Positions 32,657 through 41,248 of a stretch of DNA of 41,303 nucleotides are shown piece after piece (the stretch's first letter is position 1; each line of letters starts with the position of its first letter). The translations under genes and the position numbers were made by a program. Below the pieces are notes generated by a model, which made no database searches, had not been told where the DNA came from, and worked only from the letters and a program-made list of their open reading frames with translations. Source of the stretch: a virus; the IMG/VR virus record IMGVR_UViG_3300010224_000024; one strand, 5' to 3'.

Positions 32657-32896
32657 ATGGATAGCAACGGTACTTGGCTCGACCTGACCCGAAGTGTTGT
32701 CGGCGACCTGTCCGACGACGACTGCCACGACCTTCTGTGGAACGCCTCCTGTTACCCGTTTGGCTCGCCTGAGCAGGTTGAGAAATCCCTGCGCGAGTCG
32801 TGGGAGAACGGCGGCAGGACGGTTGACGGCGCTATCAGCTACGCCCATGCGGAGCTTGACGGCGCGATGGACGAACACAGGAGCCAGCGCGCATGA
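32657..32896 (+). CDS. Hypothetical protein (79 aa)
   Basis: ATG at 32657, preceded by GGGGAGAGAG. Confidence 0.6.
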   Translation: MDSNGTWLDLTRSVVGDLSDDDCHDLLWNASCYPFGSPEQVEKSLRESWENGGRTVDGAISYAHAELDGAMDEHRSQRA

Positions 32897-33096
32897 CCTC
32901 CCCGGCCCTCAATCGCCCCGTGGATGTGCTTCTGCCCTGCCCGTTTTGTGGCTGCACCGATCACGAAGGCAGCCCGTGGCCCGCAACTCACTTTGCTGAC
33001 GAGTGGGTCTGCAATTGCGGAAACCCTAACTGTGCTGTGGAGGTGGTCGCAGATACCGCAGCGGAAGCCGTTGCTAAGTGGAATCGACGCGTATGA
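32893..33096 (+). CDS. Lar-family restriction-alleviation-like zinc-ribbon protein (second copy)
   Basis: LLPCPFCGCTDHEG ... VCNCGNPNCAVEV ... AEAVAKWNRR. ATGA overlaps at both ends. Confidence 0.6.
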   Translation: MTSPALNRPVDVLLPCPFCGCTDHEGSPWPATHFADEWVCNCGNPNCAVEVVADTAAEAVAKWNRRV

Positions 33097-33386
33097 CCGC
33101 CCTCCCCTGCCAGCCCGCCCCGACCGCGAGCCAGCAGCGTGAGCTTGAGCGCTGGGTGCAGCGCAAGTACCCCGTCCGCCAGTACCGCGACAACGTGGAC
33201 GAGTCGATTGCCGACTTCCAAGCGGCCCGTCTGCGCTACGAGGAACGCCAGCCCGAGCCGGCCCTGTTCTGCGCGGTGGAGGACGAGGCCCCTGCCCTGT
33301 CGATCCGCGAGGACTTCGTTATCACGGTGCTTGGCATCGCGACGCTGATCTGCCTCGCCATCCTTTTCTTTCTTGGAGCGCGCTGA
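33093..33386 (+). CDS. Hypothetical protein with a C-terminal TM anchor (97 aa)
   Basis: The ATG at 33093 overlaps the upstream stop. The C-terminus is FVITVLGIATLICLAILFFLG. Confidence 0.55.
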   Translation: MTALPCQPAPTASQQRELERWVQRKYPVRQYRDNVDESIADFQAARLRYEERQPEPALFCAVEDEAPALSIREDFVITVLGIATLICLAILFFLGAR

Positions 33387-33775
33387 TGCAACACGCAATC
33401 GACTATTCCGACATGGTGCATCCGAGCGCGGGCATGCGCGATCCGTCCGAGGCCGAAATCAACAAGGTTGCCGACTCCATCGAGGCTTACCTCAAGCTCG
33501 ATGAGGCCAACTGGCAGCGCTTCGCCAAGGACCATCTCGACTTCAACGTGGACGAGGCGTTCGCCATCGCCATGCAGAAGGGCGAGTGGGCGGAGGCCGG
33601 CCTGCAACTCCATGCCAAGGCCAAGGAGCAAATGCGCGAACGGGCGGTGGAACTTGCCGAGAGCTGGCTTTGGGATGAACTGCTGCCCAAAGAGCGCCTG
33701 GAACTCATCGGCTGGCGTCCGGTGAAGTACGCAGCCCTTGGCCGCCGTTACCACCTTGCGGAGCTGCTGGGATGA
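33386..33775 (+). CDS. Hypothetical protein (129 aa)
   Basis: TGATG-coupled ORF in the early-left operon. Confidence 0.6.
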   Translation: MQHAIDYSDMVHPSAGMRDPSEAEINKVADSIEAYLKLDEANWQRFAKDHLDFNVDEAFAIAMQKGEWAEAGLQLHAKAKEQMRERAVELAESWLWDELLPKERLELIGWRPVKYAALGRRYHLAELLG

Positions 33776-33957
33776 GCGGCTACAGCGACCTCCACGCCCA
33801 CGAATCCGACGACGAACGCAACGCCGTCTGCGCCGAACTGGCGCGCATGTTGCGGATCGTCCCCCTCAACCCGCTGGCTGCCCCTGAAGTCCCGTCGCTC
33901 TCCCCCGACGCTGGGAAGGACGGGGCAGTCGGCGGACTTCTTGGAGATGTGGCATGA
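33772..33957 (+). CDS. Hypothetical protein (61 aa)
   Basis: ATGA-coupled ORF. Confidence 0.5.
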   Translation: MSGYSDLHAHESDDERNAVCAELARMLRIVPLNPLAAPEVPSLSPDAGKDGAVGGLLGDVA

Positions 33958-34343
33958 GCATCGAACTTCCTTCCGTCACGGTTGCTGGCGTGACCATCGC
34001 CCACAACGCCTGTAATTGGCGCGTCGCAACGAATCGGCATCCGACAATTGGCGGACGTAGCTGGGGCTGGATCGAAGGCGCTCCGGGGAACGTGTGCTGG
34101 TCGAACGACGAAAGGTTTGACGAGAAGGCCGCTGGAGAGGCCGTGAAGCTCCACAACGACTGGCTGGAAGAACAGAAGCCGCCGCTGATGAAGCTCATTG
34201 AAGCAGCCGAGCGCCAGAAGAAAATCGCCAAGCGCTTCGAAGATGCCAAGGCGGTATTCGAAAAGGCTAAAGCCGATCTTGAGGCCATCGACCGCGAGGT
34301 TATCCGGCTGTCGCTTCAGGCTGCGCCGAGGATCGAAGCATGA
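33954..34343 (+). CDS. Hypothetical protein (129 aa, C-terminal coiled coil)
   Basis: ATGA-coupled ORF. Confidence 0.6.
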   Translation: MSIELPSVTVAGVTIAHNACNWRVATNRHPTIGGRSWGWIEGAPGNVCWSNDERFDEKAAGEAVKLHNDWLEEQKPPLMKLIEAAERQKKIAKRFEDAKAVFEKAKADLEAIDREVIRLSLQAAPRIEA

Positions 34344-34531
34344 GCGCCGTCCCTTCCTCCATCCCCTACGGCGGCAAATGGCAGCCGCTATCCGCCCCGG
34401 TCGATCCGCAGGAAACGCAGATACGCATCCGGGCGCAGTCGATCCTTTCCGGTGGCGAGATTGGGCAATGCCCGCCGCTGACCTTCGAACAGGCCAAGAC
34501 CGTACTCGCTTGGTACAGGCCGCAGCACTGA
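34340..34531 (+). CDS. Hypothetical protein (63 aa)
   Basis: ATGA-coupled ORF. Confidence 0.5.
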   Translation: MSAVPSSIPYGGKWQPLSAPVDPQETQIRIRAQSILSGGEIGQCPPLTFEQAKTVLAWYRPQH

Positions 34532-34535
34532 GGAC

Positions 34536-34751
34536 ATGAGGATGGAATGGATCAGCGTCAACGACAAAAAGCCGCTCAATCACGAGGGCTACAAGGGCAG
34601 CTATGAAGCGCTCGACGTACTCGTGACCGATGGCACCGAGGTTTACGTGTCCACGTACGCGATAGGTCACGGGTGCGGGAAGCCGTGGGGCGCATGGTCG
34701 AACGACAACCCTATCACTCACTGGATGCCCTTCCCTGATCCTCCCAAGTAA
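34536..34751 (+). CDS. DUF551-like protein
   Basis: WISVNDKKP ... VLVTDG ... THWMPFPDPP matches the DUF551 pattern. Confidence 0.65.
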   Translation: MRMEWISVNDKKPLNHEGYKGSYEALDVLVTDGTEVYVSTYAIGHGCGKPWGAWSNDNPITHWMPFPDPPK

Positions 34752-34860
34752 CAACCCCCGCGAGCTGCTGGCGTACTCCTGGGGTACGGCCACTGACAGC
34801 AGCAACGGACCCCTATTCCACACACCGAGCCGAGCGGGTTGTTCTCGGCAGGATTATTGA

Positions 34861-35490
34861 ATGTCAAGACCCGCAATTCCACGCATCTGCCAGAACTGCA
34901 ATAGAGGTTTTCTAGCAGATAAGCATGACATGAATAGAGGTTTTGGCAGGTTTTGCTCGATTGGCTGCGCAAATAGCGCAAGGTCAGGCGCGCCAAGGAG
35001 GCCGTCTGTCAATAGGCGGCCGCAACTCTCGCGAGTCCTCTCAAAGGACCAGTTGATCATAGAGAAATCGCAGCCTGTCCCGCATTGTGGCTGCTGGATA
35101 TATGACGGAGTGCCAAACAAGGATGGCTATGGGCAAATCAGGTATAGGGGCACCCGAATGAGCGCCCATAGGTTCTCCTGGATGGCATTCAACAAGCAAG
35201 AAATACCTGAAGGAATGGAGGTTATGCATATGTGTGACACGCCCATATGCGTAAATCCAGATCATCTCCGCCTTGGCACGCATGCCGAAAACATGGCGGA
35301 CATGAGTCGGAAGGGACGACGAAATTTCGGAAAGAAGGGCCGTCTAACAATGCGCACCAAAGCCGAGGTTGTTAGGTCCGTTCGCAACGATAAAGGAACG
35401 CTTAAGGAAATCGCGCAAAGGCACGGCCTAAGTACAGGGTGCGTATACAACATTCGCGCTCACAAAATCCCGTCCTACGAAGGAATTTGA
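34861..35490 (+). CDS. HNH homing endonuclease (HNH_3 type) with a C-terminal HTH
   Basis: [30 protein letters not shown] ... [27 protein letters not shown]. Its GC is clearly lower than its neighbours, and a 109-bp gap precedes it. Confidence 0.85.
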   Translation: MSRPAIPRICQNCNRGFLADKHDMNRGFGRFCSIGCANSARSGAPRRPSVNRRPQLSRVLSKDQLIIEKSQPVPHCGCWIYDGVPNKDGYGQIRYRGTRMSAHRFSWMAFNKQEIPEGMEVMHMCDTPICVNPDHLRLGTHAENMADMSRKGRRNFGKKGRLTMRTKAEVVRSVRNDKGTLKEIAQRHGLSTGCVYNIRAHKIPSYEGI

Positions 35491-35491
35491 A

Positions 35492-36355
35492 ATGACGAAC
35501 CTAGTAGCAGCGAGCGGCATCGGCACCGAACAGGTCGAGCTGATCAAGCGGACCATCGCCAAGGGATCGACGGACGACGAGTTGAAGCTGTTTGTCGCGC
35601 AGTGCCAGCGCACCGGCTTGGACCCGTTCGCCCGTCAGATTTACGCGGTGAAGCGTTGGGACAGCCGCGAGCGTCGAGAGGTCATGTCGATCCAGGTCAG
35701 CATCGACGGCTTCCGCCTGATCGCGGAGCGCAGCGGCAAGTACGCCGGGCAGCTTGGCCCGTGGTGGACCGCCGATGGCGAGAAGTGGGTCGATTGCTGG
35801 CTGTCTAACGTTGCGCCAGCCGCAGCCCGCGTTGGCGTGATGCGCTCGGACTTCGCAGAGCCGCTGTTCGCTGTGGCCCGTATGGACAGCTACCGCCAGC
35901 TCACGAAGGAAGGCAAGCCTGCTGGCCTGTGGGGAAAGATGCCCGAGCTGATGCTTGCCAAGGTGGCCGAGGCGCTGGCCCTTCGCCGCGCCTTCCCTGC
36001 CGAGCTTTCCGGCCTCTACACGGCCGACGAAATGGCGCAGGCGGACAACGGCGCTGCCGTGGTCGAAGTGACACAGGTTTCGACGGTCAAGGCTCTTCCC
36101 GCTGGCAAGCCCACCGATGGCGCGTGGGAAGCCATGACCGAAGAGGAACAGGCGTACTTGCAGGGAATCGCCACGCAGGCCGGCGAGTTGCTGGCATCCG
36201 GTGACGCCGAGGCCGCCCACGACTACATCCAGAGCCAGAACCTGGACTCGGACGAAAAGATCGCGCTGTGGACCCGCCTGGACAGCAAGCAGCGTTCCGC
36301 ACTCAAGAGGGCCGATGCGGCGGCCAAGGCTAAGGCTCAACAGGAGGCAGCGTAA
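35492..36355 (+). CDS. bet: Single-strand annealing recombinase, lambda Bet family
   Basis: [31 protein letters not shown] and [28 protein letters not shown] parallel the conserved blocks of lambda Bet. Confidence 0.82.
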   Translation: MTNLVAASGIGTEQVELIKRTIAKGSTDDELKLFVAQCQRTGLDPFARQIYAVKRWDSRERREVMSIQVSIDGFRLIAERSGKYAGQLGPWWTADGEKWVDCWLSNVAPAAARVGVMRSDFAEPLFAVARMDSYRQLTKEGKPAGLWGKMPELMLAKVAEALALRRAFPAELSGLYTADEMAQADNGAAVVEVTQVSTVKALPAGKPTDGAWEAMTEEEQAYLQGIATQAGELLASGDAEAAHDYIQSQNLDSDEKIALWTRLDSKQRSALKRADAAAKAKAQQEAA

Positions 36356-36780
36356 TGGGCAAGGGCGTCAACAAAGTCATCATCGTCGGCAACTTGGGCA
36401 ATGACCCGGAAACCCGCTACACGGCAGGCGGCACGGCCATCACGTCACTGTCTATCGCCACGTCCGAACAGTGGACCGACAAGCAGTCCGGCGAGAAGCA
36501 GGAGCGCACCGAATGGCACCGCGTGAAGCTGTTCGGCAAGCTCGCGGAAATCGCCGGCGAGTACCTGAAGAAGGGCCGCCAGGTCTATATCGAGGGCTCG
36601 CTTAGGACGGATAAGTACACCGACAAGCAGGGCGTCGAGAAGTACTCCACCGACATCATCGCCAACGAACTCCAAATGCTCGGCGGGCATGGCGAAGGCG
36701 GGGCGCGGCGGTCGCAGGATCGCGAAGCCCAAGCGCCGGCTCCTTCCTCTGACTTCGATGACTCGGACGTGCCGTTCTGA
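36355..36780 (+). CDS. ssb: Single-stranded DNA-binding protein
   Basis: [19 protein letters not shown] ... TEWHRV ... an acidic tail ending DFDDSDVPF. Confidence 0.93.
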   Translation: MGKGVNKVIIVGNLGNDPETRYTAGGTAITSLSIATSEQWTDKQSGEKQERTEWHRVKLFGKLAEIAGEYLKKGRQVYIEGSLRTDKYTDKQGVEKYSTDIIANELQMLGGHGEGGARRSQDREAQAPAPSSDFDDSDVPF

Positions 36781-37199
36781 TGGATGCCCTGGTTGAAAAG
36801 CCGTGCGGCAGGTGTAAGCGCATTCTGCCCGCTTCCGAGTTCAACAAGGACAAGTACGCGTCCACAGGGTTGCGCAGCCAGTGCAAGGACTGCATGGCAA
36901 TTGATCGCAGGCAGCGCGCCGAATACTACCGCGCGTGGCGACAAAAGCCCGTGGTTCGCGCTTGGTACAGACGCTACAGGAGCGAGCGGGCCTCGGCTGA
37001 GAAGATCAAGCGAGATGCACGCAATGCAGCGCGCTCCTTGGAGCGCCAGCCTTGCGAAGTATGCGGGGCTCAAAAGGCCCAGGCGCACCACGACGACTAC
37101 AGCAAACCGCTGGACGTTCGGTGGCTATGCACAACCCATCACGCGGAATGGCACAAGCACAACACGCCAGTCTGCCCGGAACAGGAGCAAGCAGCATGA
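36780..37199 (+). CDS. HNH-type endonuclease-like zinc-finger protein
   Basis: CGRCKR...C.DC near the N-terminus and CEVCGAQKAQAHHDDYSKPLDVRWLCTTHHAEWH near the C-terminus. Confidence 0.65.
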   Translation: MDALVEKPCGRCKRILPASEFNKDKYASTGLRSQCKDCMAIDRRQRAEYYRAWRQKPVVRAWYRRYRSERASAEKIKRDARNAARSLERQPCEVCGAQKAQAHHDDYSKPLDVRWLCTTHHAEWHKHNTPVCPEQEQAA

Positions 37200-37582
37200 G
37201 CGATTCCCTTCTGAGGCCCGCCATGACCGAGAGCAAGGTGGATGATAACGAGTGCGCAGCCGCGTGGCTGTGCCAAGCGCCGGATGACGGCATCCGCACT
37301 TCCGTCGTTGCCAAGGCGCTGGCAGATATGTGCGAGCGCAATGGCTGGGAGGTATGGCCTCTCTACCTACGGCGCGAGAACGACGACAGCGCCGCCGTAG
37401 CCGCCATTCAGTTCGCCTTGCACGGTGAAGAGGGCATGGCGTTCCTTCGCTGCTGGAACGAAGGCAACTTCGACGCCTGCCGCGAGGAATGGCCGGAAGC
37501 TCCCGACGAGTGCTACATCGGTGCCGATCCGCTATTCGCCTCTCTCGCCGCCTGCACTCCCGCCAAGTCGGAGGGAAGGTGA
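37196..37582 (+). CDS. Hypothetical protein (128 aa)
   Basis: The ATG at 37196 overlaps the upstream stop (ATGA). Confidence 0.55.
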   Translation: MSDSLLRPAMTESKVDDNECAAAWLCQAPDDGIRTSVVAKALADMCERNGWEVWPLYLRRENDDSAAVAAIQFALHGEEGMAFLRCWNEGNFDACREEWPEAPDECYIGADPLFASLAACTPAKSEGR

Positions 37583-37926
37583 TGGGCAAGAGCTATCCGC
37601 TGGACGTTCGTAGCTGCGGCGGTGACACCTACATCGTCTACAGCAAGGGTCACCACGACCCGGAAACCTTCATGCGCGAGGTGCGCCAGGAATACCAACA
37701 CTGGCCGCTCGGCTATCCGAAACAGTACTGGTGGCGAACGGTCCCGGCACCGCACGGATGGACAGAGGAACACGGCTACTGCGACAGCTATTTCGTGGAA
37801 GCGTCGGCCGGAGCGCCGGGCGCGTATCCGGTGACCGTGAGCTACGAGGCGTGGGGCGAGGACATATACGAAGCCGTCCGCGACCGCCCCGCCACCCCCG
37901 CCAAAGGAGAGAGCAAGAATGGCTGA
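37582..37926 (+). CDS. Hypothetical protein (114 aa)
   Basis: ATG at 37582 (TGATG coupling), with GGAGGGAAGG upstream. Confidence 0.6.
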   Translation: MGKSYPLDVRSCGGDTYIVYSKGHHDPETFMREVRQEYQHWPLGYPKQYWWRTVPAPHGWTEEHGYCDSYFVEASAGAPGAYPVTVSYEAWGEDIYEAVRDRPATPAKGESKNG

Positions 37927-38623
37927 GAAATTCAACGAAGCCGATGTTCTGGCGTTGTGGCGCTGCGCTCGGAAGCACAACAGTTCGATCCCCGACGAGG
38001 CGCTGAACGCCATGCGCAAAACGCTACTCGACACCCTGCGCCTTCCAGCCGGGAGGGTGGATGAGGGGGTGGCGGGATTGTGCCAGCGCAACCCAGCACC
38101 GAATGCAGCGCAGCCGATGGCTGTCACTTCGCCTACCGTCAACCTTACCGCCGCCCTCGCGCAGAACACGCAGGGAGAGGCGGTGGCGCCGTTCATCGTC
38201 GGGAATGCGTATCAGGCAAAGGCCGGCGAGCTGGTGCGGTTCGTCAGCGTCCACAACGAAGGCACCCGCGACGAAACAATGGCGGACGAGGATGGCGTGC
38301 ATCGCTACACACGCCGCGACTTTGGCCGCGTTACCGGAACCGCGCACGACTACAGCGACCCGCGCAATACGCCGCCGCTCTACACCCGCCCCGCCGAGCG
38401 CGCGAGGGTGCCGGAGGGATGGGCGCTGGTTCCGATCAAGCCAACGCAGCAGATGTTGGATGCGATGGGCGCTTGTGAGTATCCCTTGAACGCTTGGGAT
38501 GAAGCCCTCGCCGCCGCCCCGTCCCAGCCCAAGGATGCGGACCCGCGCAACTACGTGAGCGGCAGCGTCGATCACGCCGGCGAATTCCACCCGACGATCC
38601 AGCGCGCGGCGGTGAAGCCGTGA
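37919..38623 (+). CDS. Hypothetical protein (234 aa)
   Basis: ATG ORF coupled by overlap. Confidence 0.65.
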   Translation: MAEKFNEADVLALWRCARKHNSSIPDEALNAMRKTLLDTLRLPAGRVDEGVAGLCQRNPAPNAAQPMAVTSPTVNLTAALAQNTQGEAVAPFIVGNAYQAKAGELVRFVSVHNEGTRDETMADEDGVHRYTRRDFGRVTGTAHDYSDPRNTPPLYTRPAERARVPEGWALVPIKPTQQMLDAMGACEYPLNAWDEALAAAPSQPKDADPRNYVSGSVDHAGEFHPTIQRAAVKP

Positions 38624-38853
38624 GCCGCCTTGATCCGCAGCCAGGCGAGACGTTCTTCCATACGTCGTTTGCTGGCGGGTGCGAGGTGCGCATCCTCAAA
38701 CGGGGAGTGCGCAAAGGATGGGGTGAGGCGGTTTGGTTCGAGCTTCGTCCGGCCAAGGACGAGCCGATCAGCAACCCGCACCGCATCTCTCGCATGACGA
38801 CGTGGCCCAGCTTCGCGGCTGGATTCACTGATGCACGGCCGGAGGTGAAGTGA
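38620..38853 (+). CDS. Hypothetical protein (77 aa)
   Basis: Overlap-coupled ORF. Confidence 0.5.
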   Translation: MSRLDPQPGETFFHTSFAGGCEVRILKRGVRKGWGEAVWFELRPAKDEPISNPHRISRMTTWPSFAAGFTDARPEVK

Positions 38854-39638
38854 TGGAGGCGATGACGCTGGAACAGGCGATGCCGATGGATACCGCGCCG
38901 CGCGATGGAACGATGCTGCGCCTGCTGGTGCGCTTCACCGAGCACGCGACCGATGATGCCGAGGAAGCCTGGACTATCGGGAGCAACAGCTTCGACGCCA
39001 ACGGCGAGGACGTGTGGCAATTCGCCGGCTGGTGCTGGATGCACGATCACTTCACGGAGGGGAAAGGAACGCCGATTGGCTGGCTTCCCATGCTCGCCAA
39101 CCTCGCCCAGCCTGCGCAGGCGGTGGATGTGGGGGCGGACTTCGGCGCGATGAATCGTGCGCTGTGCGACTTCGCCATGCGGTGGGAAATCGACGGCGAT
39201 TACATGCGATGCCTGAAGTGCAAGCGTCCGCAGATCACCAACTACGCCAGCCACGACTTTCCACACGCGCATGGCTGCAAGGCGGCGGGCAACGTCGAGG
39301 CGCGCCCGTGGGAAACCTTCGCGCAACTGCTATCACCGCTCACCCGCGCCATCTCCGTCCAGAAGGCGGGGCCGGTGGGGGATGGGTGGAAGGTGTTGCA
39401 AATCGGCGCAGTTGGTTGCGCCTATGACCCGCCGAACACTTACCGCGCCTTCACCTACGACCATCAGCCGGGAAACGGACTGGCGTGGAGCCTCGGACAG
39501 GCGGCACTGACCGCAGCGGGTGCAACTGCCGGCGATAACATCGACCGTGGCCTGAGCCTGTTGAAGGCGTTGGAGGCGCAAGGATTCGGCGTATTCCAAC
39601 TCCCCGCCTCCCCCACGCCGGACAAGGAGGGGAAATGA
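38850..39638 (+). CDS. Hypothetical protein with a DUF551-like N-terminal region (262 aa)
   Basis: MPMDTAPRDGTMLRLLV ... GWLPM resembles DUF551. The C-terminal region has a Cys/His cluster. Confidence 0.6.
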   Translation: MMEAMTLEQAMPMDTAPRDGTMLRLLVRFTEHATDDAEEAWTIGSNSFDANGEDVWQFAGWCWMHDHFTEGKGTPIGWLPMLANLAQPAQAVDVGADFGAMNRALCDFAMRWEIDGDYMRCLKCKRPQITNYASHDFPHAHGCKAAGNVEARPWETFAQLLSPLTRAISVQKAGPVGDGWKVLQIGAVGCAYDPPNTYRAFTYDHQPGNGLAWSLGQAALTAAGATAGDNIDRGLSLLKALEAQGFGVFQLPASPTPDKEGK

Positions 39639-39997
39639 ACGCAGACGTGGAGAAGGCGGTGGAGGCGTTGGATAGCACGGCGCTTGCGATGCACCGCGAC
39701 TGGAACACGGTGAAGCAATCCCTGCGCGACCAGGAGGTGGAGATTGTGAGGCTGCGGGGCTTGCTGGGCGAGTGCTACGCCATTTCCGGTGCAGACACGG
39801 ACGGCGAGCCGCCCGAGCGTTACGCGGACATTGCCGTGCAGGCTGTGAAAGACCTTCGCCAAGACTACGACGACGTTCTGGACTGGCAGGATCGAGCCGA
39901 GAAGGCCGAGGCGCTGCTGCGTGAAGTCCTGCTGCTGCTGCATCCCGACCTGACCGAACACACCCGCATCACCGCCCACCTTGGAGCCGAGCAATGA
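39635..39997 (+). CDS. Hypothetical coiled-coil protein (120 aa)
   Basis: ATGA-coupled ORF. Confidence 0.6.
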   Translation: MNADVEKAVEALDSTALAMHRDWNTVKQSLRDQEVEIVRLRGLLGECYAISGADTDGEPPERYADIAVQAVKDLRQDYDDVLDWQDRAEKAEALLREVLLLLHPDLTEHTRITAHLGAEQ

Positions 39998-40173
39998 GTG
40001 AGCCGGAATGGAACGAATATCTGGAAATGGTGAGCGACAAGATCAGGCGAGGCGAGCCGGTGGGTCTGGTGCAGGCCCTCGCCGCTATCGACTACCAGCA
40101 GGCATTGCAGGCTTACGCCAAGCACAACGTTTGGTGGCGCCGACTTGGGAGGTGGATTCGTGGACAAGCCTGA
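39994..40173 (+). CDS. Hypothetical protein (59 aa, read by hand)
   Basis: ATGA overlap with the upstream gene. Translation is MSEPEWNEYLEMVSDKIRRGEPVGLVQALAAIDYQQALQAYAKHNVWWRRLGRWIRGQA. Confidence 0.45.
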   Translation: MSEPEWNEYLEMVSDKIRRGEPVGLVQALAAIDYQQALQAYAKHNVWWRRLGRWIRGQA

Positions 40174-40498
40174 CCTGATGGCGGAACTGGCGGAGGTGCC
40201 CGTGGTGGCCTACGCATGGCGCAAGGAAGGCATGGTTGGTTGGGCGTTGGGCCACAACCCGCCGACGCCGAACATGCCCGACTTCGACAAGTACGAAGTG
40301 CGCGAACTCACCTTCCGCACCCACCACGCCGAGCTAGAGGCGGCGGTGAGGAAGGCTGCACGGTACGACTGGCTGCGGGAGCATGAATGGAACTACCCGA
40401 TAGTGAAGCTGTACGAATCGGACTATGACAACGCAACTGGCGATGAACTGGACAACGCCATCGACCAAGCCATGCACAACAGCGCGCGGGAGGGGTAG
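40160..40498 (+). CDS. Hypothetical protein (about 112 aa)
   Basis: The GTG at 40160 is preceded by GGAGG at 7 nt. The track start at 40145 is an alternative. Confidence 0.55.
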   Translation: MDKPDLMAELAEVPVVAYAWRKEGMVGWALGHNPPTPNMPDFDKYEVRELTFRTHHAELEAAVRKAARYDWLREHEWNYPIVKLYESDYDNATGDELDNAIDQAMHNSAREG

Positions 40499-40750
40499 AT
40501 GGAACTCCGAACCAAACTGCGCCCAGTGGGCAGCCGCATGTCGCCCGATGGCGAGCCGGCAGACGCTTGGCATGATGCGAAGGTGGCTCATGCGCTGGTG
40601 CGTGAGCTTGGGTACATGCGCAAGGCCGCAGACGAAACGCCGCGCACACATGAGCGTCGGTTGGTTCTGAACCTACTGGACGTGATGGAGCGCCGAGCGT
40701 CGGAACGCATGGCCCAATGGGGCGCTGAACAGAGCGCGAGGGAGGGGTGA
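40499..40750 (+). CDS. Hypothetical protein (83 aa)
   Basis: The ATG follows directly after the upstream stop. Confidence 0.55.
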   Translation: MELRTKLRPVGSRMSPDGEPADAWHDAKVAHALVRELGYMRKAADETPRTHERRLVLNLLDVMERRASERMAQWGAEQSAREG

Positions 40751-40978
40751 GTGATGCTTTGCTTAATCGGCCTGCACCGGTGGAAGCCCAAGTGCAGTCA
40801 ATTCACGATATGGGCCGATCCCTGGGGTTTGTCTGCGCTCTACAGCATGCGCAGTGCGCTCCGAAGCATTGGCCATGACCCAGGCCCTATGCCCAACTTG
40901 TTCAAGATCGGCTGGGCTCCATCCGGGAAGGTCTGCACAAGATGCGGACTTCGCAAACACAAGAAGGTGACGCCGTGA
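40751..40978 (+). CDS. Hypothetical protein, DUF1660-like
   Basis: The N-terminal CLIGLHRWKPKC and a C-terminal C..C pair resemble the small prophage DUF1660 proteins. The call is weak. Confidence 0.45.
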   Translation: MMLCLIGLHRWKPKCSQFTIWADPWGLSALYSMRSALRSIGHDPGPMPNLFKIGWAPSGKVCTRCGLRKHKKVTP

Positions 40979-41175
40979 GCGCCGTACTACTACCTCGCCG
41001 AGAGGTCGAGAAGCGCGTGGGCCTGAAGCGGTCCGCCATCTACGACCGCATGGCCCGAGGAACCTTCCCCAAGCCCATCCACGACACCGAGAGCGCGACC
41101 GTCTGGTGGCTCGAGTCGGACGTTGATTCGTGGGTCCAGGCCCGCATCGACGCCTCGAGAAAGCAGGCTGCGTGA
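40975..41175 (+). CDS. xis: AlpA-family excisionase / transcriptional regulator
   Basis: LLPRREVEKRVGLKRSAIYDRMARGTFPKPIHDTESATVWWLESDVDSW matches the AlpA/Xis HTH pattern. It is the last gene before attR. The likely GTG start at 40975 overlaps the upstream stop. Confidence 0.82.
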   Translation: MSAVLLPRREVEKRVGLKRSAIYDRMARGTFPKPIHDTESATVWWLESDVDSWVQARIDASRKQAA

Positions 41176-41211
41176 CATGGGTAGAGTGGTGGGTTGGGAT
41201 ATTGCAGGCAA

Positions 41212-41240
41212 GAAAAAAGCCGCTAGATCAGCGGCTTAAT
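41212..41240 (-). terminator. Rho-independent terminator just inside attR (strongest on the minus strand)
   Basis: Stem AAGCCGCT / AGCGGCTT (41217-41224 / 41230-41237). On the minus strand the stem is followed by TTTTTTCTT. On the plus strand it also closes the xis operon, with a weaker T tract. Confidence 0.7.
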
Positions 41241-41248
41241 TCGGCGTT

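Noticed and set aside
33780-34823. A 347-aa minus-strand ORF across the early-left operon
   Set aside because: It is antisense to five tightly overlap-coupled plus-strand genes and has an Arg/Pro/Ala-rich composition. It is a typical GC-rich shadow ORF. The same reasoning applies to 38436-39326 (-), 35501-36340 (-), 15337-16173 (+), 17195-18202 (+), 23260-24237 (+), 7759-8664 (+) and 11564-12238 (+).
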